64,000 nt of DNA. It comes from Eledone cirrhosa. Lineage: Eukaryota. The notes under the pieces were generated by a model. That model had not been told where the DNA came from, searched no databases, and worked only from the letters and a program-made list of their open reading frames with translations. How positions within the stretch are numbered: the stretch's first letter is position 1; each line of letters begins with the position of its first letter. The position numbers and the translations under genes are program-made. Where the stretch lies: the NCBI GenBank assembly GCA_964016885.1, contig OZ024748.1:2542001-2606000 (forward strand). The letters are read 5' to 3'. Below, one piece after another: positions 1-12,896 of the stretch.

Positions 1-235
1 TTTCCTTTGTGCAAAAGTGGGCAGCCGAATTTAGGAAAGGATAGGGGATTCTTGAAGATGACCCAATGTCTGGACGTCCTATAACTGCCACTACCGAGGA
101 AAACATTGATCTCAGTACTGCAACACCGATGGAAGAAGTGTGTGGAACGCAAGGGAGACTATATTGAAAAATAAATCTCATTTGGTCGCATTCCACGAGT
201 ATCTTTGTCAACCTATGACATTTTCAACCCTCGTA
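1..235 (+). mobile_element. Internally deleted mariner (Tc1/mariner) transposon remnant
   Basis: The frame from 9 reads VQKWAAEFRKG*GILEDDPMSGRPITATTEENID, matching the mariner HTH region WxxxF...LEDxxRSGRP. It then jumps to the C-terminal KKCVERKGDYIEK* and ends in a TIR-like ...TTTTCAACCCTCG followed by TA. Confidence 0.8.
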
Positions 236-466
236 TCTATGCGCAATATACGTAAATATACAGAATTGCGGTCTGTCATAGACTCGCCAATTAAAACATG
301 TACCAGTAATATATATGTAACAGAGAAAATAAAAAAATATATTTTTTGGAGTAAATTTGTTGGGGACGTATGCTTAAAAAATAAAAAAAAAACATGTAAA
401 TTTAACAATTTTTTTACATCATTCAGAGAAAAGTGTAAATAGATTTTCGTTCTACAAGCAGACATA

Positions 467-515
467 CGGAAGTAGAGAGAGAAACCGGAAGTTGACGTAA
501 ACATTGTAGTTCCGG
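467..515 (+). promoter_or_regulatory. Likely housekeeping-promoter motif cluster (ETS + CRE/ATF-like) upstream of COPZ
   Basis: CGGAAGT (467-473), CCGGAAGT (485-492) abutting TGACGTAA (493-500), and TTCCGG (510-515), in an otherwise AT-rich stretch about 400 bp upstream of the ATG. Confidence 0.55.
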
Positions 516-890
516 GCTATAAATAAATAAAAAATTAAATTACGTTCTTCAGTAAATTATATAATTAGTTTATAATAAATTAATTACAATGTTCTTAGTT
601 TTCTCATAATTACGAAGTGAAAATAATTTTCATACCAATTTCTATTTGGGGGGAGGGGGCAGTTTTAATATAATTTTTTTTACATTTTATTAAATAAATA
701 TGGTTCTTTTTTTATTTTATCATTATTGTTAAAATTTGGTTTCGAAATAAATTAAATATTATAGTTTGATTATTTAGATAAAATATTCATTTTTTTATAG
801 AATACCAAATTGTAATTATAATTTAATTAGGAAATTGTGTTTAACTATATTTACTGCGAGTCTAGAGCTGTTGCAATATTCCACGTAAAC

Positions 891-911
891 ATGGTCGACT
901 CTTCAATTCTT
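891..911 (+). CDS. COPZ1: Coatomer subunit zeta, coding exon 1 (MVDSSIL)
   Basis: AAAC-ATG-G start context, 7 codons, then a GTAAGT donor. Phase 0 joins EPTL..., matching the short MxxxIL|EP N-terminus of zeta-COP. Confidence 0.8.
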
Positions 912-2427
912 GTAAGTTCTATATAAATATATATAATTCTTATATATTTAAATATCTGTGTGTATATATGTATATAGATTCTGATAATGTTTTCTTTATA
1001 GAAAACCCTATGCGTTTGATATTATTGTTGGTATTTTAGTTCAAATTTAATCTTGTTTATTTTCTAGGTGTTCCGTCAGTAACTACTGAAATATATATAT
1101 CCAAATAACTATTCTGTAGCAAAACAACAATAAAACTATGTCTGATAGAAGTGTTTATCGTAGTTTTTAACAAAGGCGTGAATAGTCGTCACAAACCATA
1201 ACCAGATAACTTATTTATTTCAAGATCTATGATCTTGCTTGGGACAAAACTAAGGGAATTGAAATGGACCTCCGTCGGCTTCGACGACGAGTGTTCCTCC
1301 AGTTGTTCGATCAGCGAAACAACATGCTCTTAAAATTAACGCGTATATGGCTGGGCATTAACGTAATTCTCAGGGAGATTCAGCATTATACAGCGCTTGA
1401 CAAAGCCGATTCTTTGCAATGCAAGCCTTGTCAATCCAGCAGGCTTACAAGTAGTCGCCGTTTACCCTATTTCACTGACAACGACATGGGTCGATTTGAT
1501 ACCATAGTAAATAATACTTGCCAGAAATGTGAAGCGATAGTTCTCAACCATTTGACCACACTACATCTGGAGAATTACTTCGTAATTGTTACCGTGACAT
1601 ATGGTCCAGAACTGAGGTGGGTGTGGCCGTCTGGGTGTACAACATTAGGGAGGCCACCTACACCCCATTTTAGAGATAGACGAAGTTATATTGTAGTAAA
1701 GAATTAAGTTATTCTATAAACCGCGCTCGTTATTTTATTATTTCAGTTGTAAATATCACACATTATGTAAGTACAGGTAATATACGAGGGGAATGTCATG
1801 TTTTATGTGCGTAAAAATAACAACTTTGATGAGTTGTCTCCCCTGTCTACTCTTTCACCTCTTCTATACACCCGACTGAGGCCATGTCGGGGTACTGACA
1901 TGTCATTTCTTTTTCATTCCACGTATGGACTACCCCCCCCCCCCGAGTGAGTTGATATAAGGGTGTTGAATTGTAATGGCGTTACCTCCTTCTAAAAGTC
2001 TAAAGTCTCTGTCGAGCCAAGAGGCTCATCAGGTCAGTGCTTATCCCAGTTTCAATTACGTTAATTGACTGAGAGTACATAACTCCCCACTTGGACAAGA
2101 CGCCAGTCCATCACAGGGTTAAACCCCCAGTGGCTGCCGGTACACATCTTCGCCTGAGTATACTGGAGCAACGTAAAATGAAGTGTTTTGCACAAGAACA
2201 CAACACAACCCAGTCCAAGAATCGAACCTACGTCATTCTGATTGTAAGTCTAACACCATGTCACTTGCCTTCACATCCTTACTGTCTGTATAACTACCGT
2301 CCTTTTACATCCAATAATGTTCTAAAGTAGTTAATCACAGATTGAATGAGATTATGTGATGTTCATGCCTTTCTGTGAAGTTAAATATTGTATTAAATAA
2401 TGTTATTTCTTTGAAATATTGTTGCAG

Positions 2428-2496
2428 GAACCTACTTTGCAGACTATTAAAGCCATCGTTATCTTGGATAATGACGGTAGTCGACTTGTAGCAAAG
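2428..2496 (+). CDS. COPZ1: Coatomer subunit zeta, exon 2 (EPTLQTIKAIVILDNDGSRLVAK)
   Basis: ttgcag acceptor and gtaagt donor; contains the hallmark ILDNDGxRLxAK motif. Confidence 0.96.
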
Positions 2497-4457
2497 GTAA
2501 GTCATTTTCTATGTTTTATACTTATTACAACCTTATAGTGGTGAATTGACAGAGTTGTTAGAGCGTCAGGTAGAATACTTTGCAGTATTCGTTCTGGATG
2601 TCTGTGTTCTCAGTTCAAACCCTCATTGAGGTCAACTTTGCCTTTTAGCCTTTTGAGGCCAATAAAAAAAAAAGTGCCAATCCAATATTGGAGTATAACA
2701 TTACAGAAACACAGACGCACACACACACATAAGTACGCAATGGGCTTCTGCAGTTTCTTTCTACCAAATTCCACTCACAAAGCATTGGTCAACTCAAGGC
2801 TATAGTAGAAGACATGCAGTGTGACCAAGACCAGAACCACATAGGATTAGATTAAGAAGAGTTATGCCCCTTGCACAGTAGCCCAATATAATTTACTGTA
2901 GAAAGATTTAAATTTGTCACCCTGTGGTCAGTAGTCCACTCTAATCTCCCATCTATGTCAGTTATTAATTTATGATATATATACACACACACGTATATAT
3001 GTTAAACGGTGATGATGAGGATGGATTCAGTTTGAAATTGGTTAGACCATTACTCACCAAAGTACTTGATACTTGGGATAGCAGAGTATGGCTGTATTAT
3101 AAAGAGTCGGGACCCCACATTTGACTGACATCTGTCCAACTATGGGAGACGATGGTGTTGCGTCCAAGGATGTATTCATCTGCACTTTCACAACTGAACA
3201 GTCCAATATGTGAATGGAAGTTTCTACTGCATTTGTTGTTTATCTGCAACAAATGCAGTAGAAACTGCAGATAAACAACAGAACCTGTTGAGCCCGTTGT
3301 TGCTCTTTTGTCAACAAGGTCTTCATTTCTTGTCTGCTCCCTATCGGTACACCCAGGGCATCAAGCTGCAAGATCACCTGCACATTGTTTCAGGTGGTGA
3401 CGTTACTGTTGCACAGTTTCATGTCTTTCTTGCAGTCATCTTTGTAGCACAGGCTTGGCTGTCCTGCAAGTTGTCAGCCCTCAGTCGAGTCACCATTTCC
3501 TGCTCCTACGTTTCTTTTTGGCTTCATTTCTATGGCTGGATGCCCTTCCTGATGCCAACAATGTGGGCTGTGTGATATATATATACACACACACTACAAT
3601 ACTCTCCTTAGCAATACAGTGTTTAGCTCTGATTTACTATGCTAGCCTTTCTTAGAGATAATATTTTTAATAGGATATCACTACAGTATTGTAATAGTTG
3701 TATGCTAAGGAACTATTATTCAGACTCATGTATATTCCTATCATCATCATCATCATCATCATCATCGTTCTACGTCCGTTCTTCCATGCTAGCATGGGTT
3801 AGAGGGGTTGTGGGCAGTGTCTGGTCGGCTGACCAGGCCTTGCTCATACAAGAACTGATTTTGGCTTGATTTCTACAGCTGGATGCCCTTCCTAACACCA
3901 ACCTCATTTACAGTGAGTGCTGGGTGCTTTTTTCCGTGGCGCCTACACGTCCACTTTACAGTTTGGGCTGGGTGCTTTTTTGCAGTGGGAGGGTGTGGGG
4001 ACATATTGTCTATATGCTTCAGCTTGTACCCATGGGAGGTCGGGTACTCTGTATTTACACTAATTGTTCAAAATGTCAATGTGGAAGATTTGGAGGAGTT
4101 AATTGTTTTCCATAATAAAATGTAATTTACTTAAGAGCTGCAAGAATTAGCTCAGTGAATGCATCTGAAATGAACCTAAAGAATTCAATGTAGAACTATT
4201 AATGCCAGAAATATTCTTTCTATTGAATAACTGCATCACCAAGCCTAAGGAACTTATTGATCAGTTTACTGAGAATTACCATGACTAGAGAGGAGTTTTA
4301 GACATAATAATAGCTTTATGAAAAGAGTTATAGGCATGAACCTTCCCTATCTTGTTAAATGTTGAAAGAAATTGTTAATTTTTCTCATTTTTTATTCATG
4401 TTTCTAAATCAATATTTTACTATTAATTACATTTTGTTTGGTTTGTTTTTTTTCTAG

Positions 4458-4539
4458 TATTATGATAAAACATTTACCACTGTGAAAGAACAGAAAGATT
4501 TTGAAAAGAATCTTTTCAACAAGACCTACCGTGCAAATG
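4458..4539 (+). CDS. COPZ1: Coatomer subunit zeta, exon 3 (YYDKTFTTVKEQKDFEKNLFNKTYRAN+G)
   Basis: polyT-ctag acceptor and gtaagt donor; KEQKxFEKNLFNKT motif; ends in phase 1. Confidence 0.96.
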
Positions 4540-4987
4540 GTAAGTTATATTTTGGCTCATCATCAACCTTACCAATTAACATCTATTTCAATATTCTTTC
4601 AAGGGAGGTAACTTTGCATCTACTTTCAACTGTATTTTCGAGTGAACATATATGTACTCCTAACTGCGTTGTCTTTATGGTCCTCAAAATTAGGGCTAGA
4701 TGATATTATTGGGGTTACTACCCTTGTTGGTTTTAGATTTTTTCTACTACCTGTCCCACTAACTCTTTTTGATTACCAACTGTAAGGAGTACTTGATACT
4801 TCCCCTCGTCTGTCACTAGCTCTATACGTTTAAATTGATTAAATAAATAGAACAATGATAGTGTTCTAAGATACCAAGCTGTTTATTCTATCTAAAGTGT
4901 TTAAAATATTCCCATCATAATTTTTGTTAACAACTTTTAAGTTATGGAAATTTGGAAATGTTAGAATCCCAAATGTAGAAAATAAGT

Positions 4988-5762
4988 AATAATTGTTTCT
5001 ACTTTTGGCACAAGACCACAATTACCCAGTGCATTACTGGTACTTTATTTTATCGACCCGTAAGGATGAAAGGCAAAGTTAACCTCAGCGGGATTTGAAC
5101 TCAGATCATAAAGGGACGTAACTCTATGCTTCAAAGCATGGCGTCCGACTCTCTACCGATACTGCCAATAATAGTCGATCATTATAGATAATAGCTGAGA
5201 AAATCAGAAAGAAATGGCAAAATATAGCCAGATGCACCTAAATGCTTCAAGCTCTCAGCGCTTCATAAAATTTAAGTTATGCTTCAAACACCATTTTAAT
5301 ATTATAGTTATGAAGTATTTTATATATAGTTTTTATAATATTATCATAGTTATTATAGTAATAACGGTTTCTAGTTTTTGGCACAAGGCCAGTAATTTGA
5401 AGAGAAGGGGAAAATCAATTAAATCCACCCCGGTGCATTACTGGTACTTTACTTTATTGATCCATAAGGAGGAAAGGCAAAGCTAACTTCAGCAGGGTTT
5501 TAAATCCGAAAGTAAAGAGATGTAACTCTATGTCACAAAGCATGTTGCCCACCAGTGGATTGTAAAAAGGGTGGTGGATTGGCAGTATCGGTAGAGGATC
5601 GGACGCCATGCCTTGCAGGATAGAGTTACGGTCCTTTATGATCTGAGTTCAAATCTCGCCGAGGTTAACTTTGCCTTTCATCCTTACGGGCTCGATAAAA
5701 TAAAGTACCAGTAATACACTGGGTAATTGCTGGCCTTGTGCCAAAAGTAGAAACAATTATTA
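4988..5762. mobile_element. Cluster of three copies of a second tRNA-derived SINE (two minus, one plus)
   Basis: Shared core CTGAGTTCAAATCCCGCCGAGGTTAACTTTGCCTTTCATCCTT..GGGGTCGATAAAATAAAGTACCAG with (ATT)n tails. Confidence 0.8.
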
Positions 5763-5930
5763 TAGTAACAATAAGATAGTTATATTACTAAATTCCTCCC
5801 ATTTCTTCTTTACTTTCAAAGTTATAGGCAATGTTTCCCATTAAAAATATAAGTAACGAGAGGGCTACTATGATATTCCTAATTTATGTTTTTTTATGGT
5901 TTACATCTCATTTAATTTCATTTTTTTCAG

Positions 5931-6022
5931 CCGAAATTATTATGCTTGAAGGTTTAACCTGTGTCTATAAAAGCAACGTGGATCTGTACTTTTATGTGAT
6001 TGGAAGTTCACAGGAGAATGAG
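5931..6022 (+). CDS. COPZ1: Coatomer subunit zeta, exon 4 ([31 protein letters not shown])
   Basis: tttttcag acceptor and gtgaat donor; longin-domain [18 protein letters not shown] motif. Confidence 0.96.
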
Positions 6023-7103
6023 GTGAATACATGTTTGACTCTCTTGAGATTTGTTTTTATTGTACTTCAACCCTTTTCATACCAAGTCCAACAACCTTAC
6101 CACTAGGTCACGTGCCTCTTCACTAATGCCATAAAAAACTGACCCCCACCAATACAACCATCACCATCACAATCACAAAAACAACCACAACTACCATTAC
6201 CAACATCACTGTCATTATTATCATTACCACCATGAAAAAACCACACCCCTTCCAATACAATCAACATCCACACCACTACAAAACAACTGCTAGTGTCACT
6301 GTCGTCATTATTACCACTACCACCACCATTACCACTACCACCACCATCGGCACTACCATCACCATCGGCACTATCATCAACAACGTTATCGGATTTGTAG
6401 TTAGAAGTGTTTTTTTTTCTCTCAATTATAATTTTACTTTATCCTAAGTGATAATATAATTTGAAAACGGTTCAATTAGTGTTAATGAGAAAAAATATTG
6501 AATAATATACACACACACATCATACTCTCTCTCTCTCACACACACATCATACTCTCTCTCTCTCACACACATCATACTCTTTCTCTCTCACACATCATAC
6601 TCTCTCTCTCTCTCTCACACATCATACTCTCTCTCTCACACACACATCATACTCTCTCTCTCACACACACATCCGCTCGGGATGTATGTTATATGAAAAC
6701 AATTTGTGTTAAAACAACTTGAATCAAAGGTTGAAATAAGTTATTTCCCTTGGAAGGTGTCGTCAAATTTCGCCTTCAAACATATTTCGTTATTTACCAA
6801 TAGACATATGTGTGTGTAAGGTTTTGTCTTTTACTTATATTGTTTTATTGAAAAGTATTGTTTAAACTTGCCTAAATTTTGTGATATTTAAAAAATATAT
6901 ATTAAAATAGGAATTGTTTATTAACAACTTTTTCATGGCATTAACTACATCTGCACAGCAGTTTATTTTAATTTACCTTATTAATTATATAATTAATTAG
7001 ATTAAATTAAATTCTTTATTGGTCACAATTAATTTTTAATACATTAAAAATCTTATATGATGTTTTCATTTTCTTTTCTTTTCTTTTTTCTTGTATTTTT
7101 CAG

Positions 7104-7237
7104 TTGATTCTTGCGAGTGTGTTAAATGCTTTATATGATGCTGTGAACCAAATGTTGCGAAAGAATGTCGAACGAAGAGCTCTTTTAGAAAACCTTGATG
7201 CTGTCTTTTTAGCTATTGATGAAATATGTGATGATGG
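7104..7237 (+). CDS. COPZ1: Coatomer subunit zeta, exon 5 (LILASVLNALYDAVNQMLRKNVERRALLENLDAVFLAIDEICDD+GG)
   Basis: Long polypyrimidine-cag acceptor and gtatgt donor; LRKNVExRALLEN...DEIxDxG motif. Confidence 0.96.
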
Positions 7238-7527
7238 GTATGTATCACCTTCATAGTATCTCATAGTATTTTCTCTTCAAACAGTCCTGTATGAGCAGGA
7301 CATAGTCACCTGACTCAACTTCGCCTCAAATGGGACAACCCGTCTAGCCCATGCTTGCATGGAAAGTGAACGTCTAACAATGATGATGATGTCCAACCCG
7401 TGCAAGCAAATAAAAAACAGGTATAAAAGAAAGGAAGACGTGTAACTTCTCTTACATCAGCACAGCACCATTTTTACTGCTATTTATGTGTGTAGTACTT
7501 TGTACTTGTACTTGGTGGCCTTCACCT

Positions 7528-8010
7528 AGAGTGAGTTAAGCCAGGCGTTCACTCAGGGTGAGTTAAGCCAGGCGTTCACCCAGGGTGAGTTAAGCCAAGC
7601 TTTCACCCAGGCTGAGTTGAGCCAGGCCTTCACCCAGGGTGAGCTGAGCCAGGCGTTCACCCAGGGTGAGTTGAGCCAGGCGTTCACCAAGGGTGAGTTG
7701 AGCCAAGCCTTCACCCAGGGTGAGTTGAGCCAGGCCTTCACCCAGGGTGAGCTGAGCCAGGCGTTCACCCAGGGTGAGTTGAGCTAGGCGTTCACCAAGG
7801 GTGAGTTGAGCCAAGCCTTCACCCAGGGTGAGTTGAGCCAGGTGTTCTTCCAGGGTGTGTTGAGCCAGGCGTTCACCCAGGGTGAGTTGAGCTAGGCGTT
7901 CACTCAGGGTGAGTTGAGCCAGGCTTTCACCCGGGGTGAGTTGAGTCATGCCTTCACCCGGGGTGAGTTGAGTCATGCCTTCACCCAGTGTGAGTTGAGC
8001 CAAGCGTTCA
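7528..8010. repeat. 27-bp minisatellite, about 18 copies
   Basis: Unit GGGTGAGTTGAGCCAGGCGTTCACCCA; 9-aa periodicity in the overlapping ORFs. Confidence 0.9.
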
Positions 8011-8292
8011 TCTACATATATACATATAAATATGTATATATATATAAATATATGAGAAATGCACACAGTACATGCTGTAATGTGGTTGATGTTAGGAAGG
8101 GTATCCAGCCATAGAAGGCTTGCCAAACAAACGATTAGGAGGATTCTTCTGTGTCAAAAGACATAACTTCTCTGCAGTCGATAGAACATATGATTGTACA
8201 TAAGTGAGATGTAGACCCCTCGACCTGTCTGGGTGGTCAGTAGCCCTGCTTCAGTACTGCCTTGGTCTTTGTAGACCTGCCCAACCTTTGCT

Positions 8293-8380
<88 letters not shown>

Positions 8381-8457
8381 TATATATATATATATATGAA
8401 TATATATATATATATATGAATATATATATATATGAATATATATATATATATATATAA

Positions 8458-8795
8458 GGCACATGGCTCAATGGTTAGAGCATTTGCCTTGCAATCGAAA
8501 GGTTGTGAGTTCAATTCTCAGACCGGGTAATGTGTTGTTTCCTTGAGCAAGACACTTTATTTCACATTGCTCCAGTTTACTCAGCTGTAGAAATGAGATG
8601 ATAGGGACTGGGATCCCTATCATTCCACTGCAAAGTGGTCGTGGAGGTGCCATGGCAAAAAAGCACCCAGCACTCACTGTAAATGAGGTTGGTGTTAGGA
8701 AGGGCATCCAGCTGTAGAAATCAAGCCAGAATCAGTTCCCGTCCCACCCTTGCAAGCAGGGAAAAGCGGACATGAAATGACATGATGATTATGAT
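8458..8795 (+). mobile_element. Full-length tRNA-derived CORE-type SINE with RTE-like tail
   Basis: A-box TGGCTCAATGG, B-box GAGTTCAATTC, CORE-like CCTTGAGCAAGACACTT, GGAAGGGCATCC module and (GAT)n tail. Near-identical copies at 45314 and 55904. Confidence 0.85.
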
Positions 8796-8901
8796 ATGAA
8801 TATATATATATATATGTAATAATAATAAGTTTGAAGACTAAAATCCAAAGAAGGCTCGATAAGGATAAATATATATCAGATATATAAGAACCGTAGAGCA
8901 A

Positions 8902-9109
8902 ATATTTATTAAAATAACAGATTAAAGTTTAAGCAAAGAATCGCTGCTTTCACCCTTAACGGAATCTTCTGAAACTAAAAAAGTCAATCTGTGAACGCAG
9001 AAATAAATATTTCAAAAAACAGATTGACTTTTTTAGTTTCAGAAGATCCCGCTAAGGGTGAAAGCAGCGATTCTTTGCTTAAACTTTAATCTGTTATTTT
9101 AATAAATAT
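8902..9109. repeat. Long inverted repeat (91-bp arms, 26-nt loop, 2 mismatches)
   Basis: 8902-8992 is the reverse complement of 9019-9109. Confidence 0.92.
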
Positions 9110-9117
9110 ATATATAT

Positions 9118-9286
9118 ATCATCATCACCATCATCATCATTCTACGTCCACTTTTCCCTGCTTGGACGGGTGGGACGGGAACTGATTCTGGCTTGATTTC
9201 TACAGCTGGATGCCCTTCCTAACACCAACCTCATTTACAGTGAGTGCTGGGTCCTTTTTTGCCGTGGCACCTCCACGACCACTTTA
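9118..9286 (-). mobile_element. 5'-truncated copy of the same SINE, inverted
   Basis: Reverse complement of about 8632-8790. Confidence 0.8.
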
Positions 9287-11115
9287 CGAGAAAATTTGCT
9301 CTGAATGAATTGCCTGTGTCCGAAGGAACCTGTAGCCGTAGAATCAGCCAGATCCATACAGGGACACGTCTCGAGCTCCCTGCCGGCGAAACAATTGTAA
9401 CACGCAATAAACTGGGTCCAGATGCATCACTGATTTTTCGTTTTTTTATACTATATATATATATATATTACATGTCTGTGTGTGTTTATAAATATGTATG
9501 TGTATATATATATTGCATGCTTAGACAACTCATCTAACCCATGCAAGCATGGAAAATTCACGTTAAACAGTGATGTGATGATGATGATATATAATGTATG
9601 TATGTATGTATATATATATATGCATATATATAAAGATTCATTTATTTATTTATTGTAAATATTCTTTTCAATGCGTGCTGTCTTTAGAATGTAGTCATTA
9701 AGTAGTACAATATGTATTGTGATATGTTAATTACCTATAATACTGCACAGCATGTGACATAACATAATATATTATGTGTATGTAAACATCACTTAGTCAT
9801 GCTGTAGAGATTAATTTCAGTCAGAGTCCCCTGATTTACAGTTCTATTAGACTACTGAATTTAATCCTTTCATTACCTTGTTGGTTAGATAACATCCATG
9901 AGCTTGGCTGATCGAGCTGAATCAGTTGGAGACGGTTGCTTCTGACAGGGCCCACTGGAAGGAGTGTTTGAGGTCTCTGCTCCCACAAGACACCGAGCAA
10001 GATAGTTGGATAACATCCATGAGCTTGGCTGATCGAGCTGGATCAGTTGGAGACGGTTGCTTCTGACTCAACCTGCTGGAAGAAGGAGTGTTTGAGGACT
10101 CCCACCACAACCCTCTCAGGAATAAGTGGGTGAAGAAGAAGACGATTACCTTGTTTTTAATGAAAGCCATTGCCTATGGTGATTTTCAAATAACTTTGAA
10201 AATAAAAATTTTGAAGGATTTGCTAATATAACTGACTGCCCTTACATTGATATTATACTTGTTTTGTTTCTTACATATGAGTAGACTGGAGCGACATAAA
10301 ATAAAGTGTCTTGCTCAAGGACAACAACATGCCCATGTGAATTGATCTCAGAACTTTATGGTTGTGAACTGAACACCCTAACCACTAAACCGATATGTTT
10401 CACACTTCAAAAGGCCAGCACATCTGGTTATAAAACTTCAGTTTGAAGAAAGTTAGTGGCAGTAAAAAAGGTCATAAATATGAATAAGGTGTTATTTAGA
10501 TAGATGTGTGAAGATGCATAGCTTAGTAGTTATGCTGAGTGTGTGTGTATATGTATGTATATATGAATGTGGGTTTGTGTGTGTGTATGTGTGTGTTTGA
10601 GTATGTGTGTGTATGGGTTTGTGTGAATGTGAGTGTATTTGTATGTGTGAATGTGAGTATTTGTGTGTGTGTATGTAAGTGTTTGTGTGTGTGTTAGTGT
10701 GTGAGTGTGTTTGTATGTATGTGGGTGGGTATGAGTGAGTTGTGTGTTTCTGTATGTTTGTGTGCAATTATGTGGGTGTGTGTTTGTGCGTGGCTGGGGT
10801 TGTGTTTTCAAGACAAACAAAATAAAGAGTACTCAATACACGTGACAGTAAAAGGTAGGTGGGTATTCACTCTGTTCTTACTCAGAATTTCTAATTTAAA
10901 TATATTTTGCGATCTTGGCACAGCCCCAGCACCGCCACACCCTAGACCCAGAGCCCATCACCCTCTCCCTTCCATTCTTCTGTCACCCTAGAACCGTAGC
11001 CTTTCCCTTCCTTTTCCATTTTTAAATATTTCTACTGTTTTTTTTTATTATTTTATTTCCCTCCTGTAGTTACTCATTTATTAAATGCATTTAATCCTTA
11101 AAAAAAAATATTTAA

Positions 11116-11556
11116 CCTTTTAGCATTTAAACTGGCTATATCCGTCTGCAGAATTCTCTCACCTCTTTCTGTTCAAACCGGCCATAAACGGCAGCTCATA
11201 CTGATGTTAAGATATTGTTCTCAAAATAAATAATATCAAAATCTCATAGATTCGATATTATGTGAGATATTATGTGAAATAAAGTGTTTACCATGAAAAT
11301 ACAATAGTATATATAGAGTAATGTAAATGCCAAAGGGTTATATGTAAATTCCAAAGGTCATATCCAGCCAGACTTTTCTCACCTATCTCTGTTCAAACCA
11401 GCCATAACCAACTGCTTATACTTATGTTAAGGTATTGTTCTCAAAATAAATAATATTAAAATCTCATAGATTCGATATTATGTGAGATATGTGAGGTAAA
11501 GCCTTTACTGTGAAAATACAATAGTATATATATAGAGTAATGTAAATGTTAAAGGG
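11116..11556. mobile_element. piggyBac-like MITE with internal tandem duplication
   Basis: TTAA|CCTTTTAGCATTTA ... TAAATGTTAAAGGG|TTAA. About 200 bp of the body is duplicated; a related copy lies at about 16470-16680. Confidence 0.65.
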
Positions 11557-11627
11557 TTAATATTAATTTTCCTCTCTCTTTTATCCCCAAATAACATAAA
11601 ATGTTGTTCTTCTGGTTATTTCTACAG

Positions 11628-11718
11628 CATCATCTTAGAGGCTGACCCTTCTGCCATAGTCCAGAGAGTTGCAATAAAATCAGACGACATTCCACTAGGA
11701 GAACAGACTGTGGCACAG
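11628..11718 (+). CDS. COPZ1: Coatomer subunit zeta, exon 6 (GIILEADPSAIVQRVAIKSDDIPLGEQTVAQ)
   Basis: tctacag acceptor and gtaagt donor; the phase-2 start completes GG+C. Confidence 0.96.
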
Positions 11719-12110
11719 GTAAGTTTGATTCTGTGTGAGTGTATGTATGTGTGTCTTTGTGTGTATGTATGTGTGTCTTTGTGTGTATGTATGTGTGTTT
11801 GTGTGTGTATATATGTATGTAAATGTGTATATATGTATGTAAATATGTATAAATATATGTATCCGTGTATGTAAATATTTATGTATGTGTGTGTGTGTAA
11901 ATATGTATATATGTATGTGTGTGTAAATATGTATGTATATATGTATGTGTGCGTAAATATGTATGTATATATGTATGTGTGTGTGTAAATATTGTCTGTA
12001 TGTATATATGTATGTGTGTATGTATGTATGTATGTAAATGTGTACGTATATATCTGTATATGTATGTACGTATGTATCCACGTATGTATATGTCTGTATG
12101 TATGAACATA

Positions 12111-12382
12111 CAGGGTGTACATAAATTATCTTTACAACATCCACCATTAATGAGGTGGGTGAGGGGGAGATAGTGCAACATATAGTCAGATATTGAGCAA
12201 TGTCTACATGTGCTACATACAACCAATGTAGCCCACATTAAAGTGTTGTGTTTTCAATAAAACTTTGTTTACCTACCTTTTACAATATACCCTGTTGTTT
12301 TGGGGGTTTTTGTTTGTTTTGGCTCTGGTCTCTTTTTTTCTGAATTTTTTTTCAAATTGTAAAGATAATTTACGGACACCTA
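12111..12382. mobile_element. Tc1/mariner-type MITE
   Basis: Imperfect TIRs CAGGGTGTACATAAATTATCTTTACAA and TTGTAAAGATAATTTACGGACACCTA, with TA flanks. Confidence 0.75.
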
Positions 12383-12896
12383 TATATGTGAGTATGTATG
12401 TACATACCTATGTATGTATGTATCTATGTACCTATGTATGTATGTACCTGTGTATGTATGTACATATGTATGTATGTACGTACCTATGTATGTATGTATG
12501 TATGTATGTACATATGTATGTATGTATGTATGTACGTACCTATGTACATACCTATGTATGTACGTACCTATGTATGTATATACCTATGTATGTATGTACG
12601 TACATATGTACCTATGTATGCATGTTCCTATAAATGGATGTATGTACATACATATGTATGTATGTATTTTTGAATGTATATGTATGTATGTATCTATATA
12701 TGTATGGATGTATGTACTTATGAATGTATGTATGTATGTACTTATGAATGTATGTATGTATGTACATATGAACCCATGAATGTATATATGTACGTACCTA
12801 TGTATATATGTACGTACCTATGTATGTATGTATGTATGTACCTACATATGTATCTATGTACCTATGTAAGTACGTACCTGCGTATGTACCTACATA

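Noticed and set aside
208-504. Divergent 98-aa gene from a bidirectional promoter
   Set aside because: AT-rich low-complexity translation that runs into the mariner end, with no homology cues.
1264-1707. 147-aa ORF in intron 1
   Set aside because: It overlaps an antisense SINE remnant related to about 61490-61765 and has no recognisable protein motif.
912-2427. Intronic miR-148/152 homologue, as hosted by vertebrate COPZ genes
   Set aside because: I saw no TCAGTGCA-seed hairpin; the intron is mostly SINE remnants.
7590-8126. LAQLTLGER-repeat ORF resembling a leucine-rich repeat
   Set aside because: A 27-bp intronic minisatellite; the N-terminal part comes from SINE and TA sequence.
8458-8530. 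tRNA gene
   Set aside because: A and B boxes are present, but the cloverleaf is incomplete and the sequence continues into a multi-copy SINE body.
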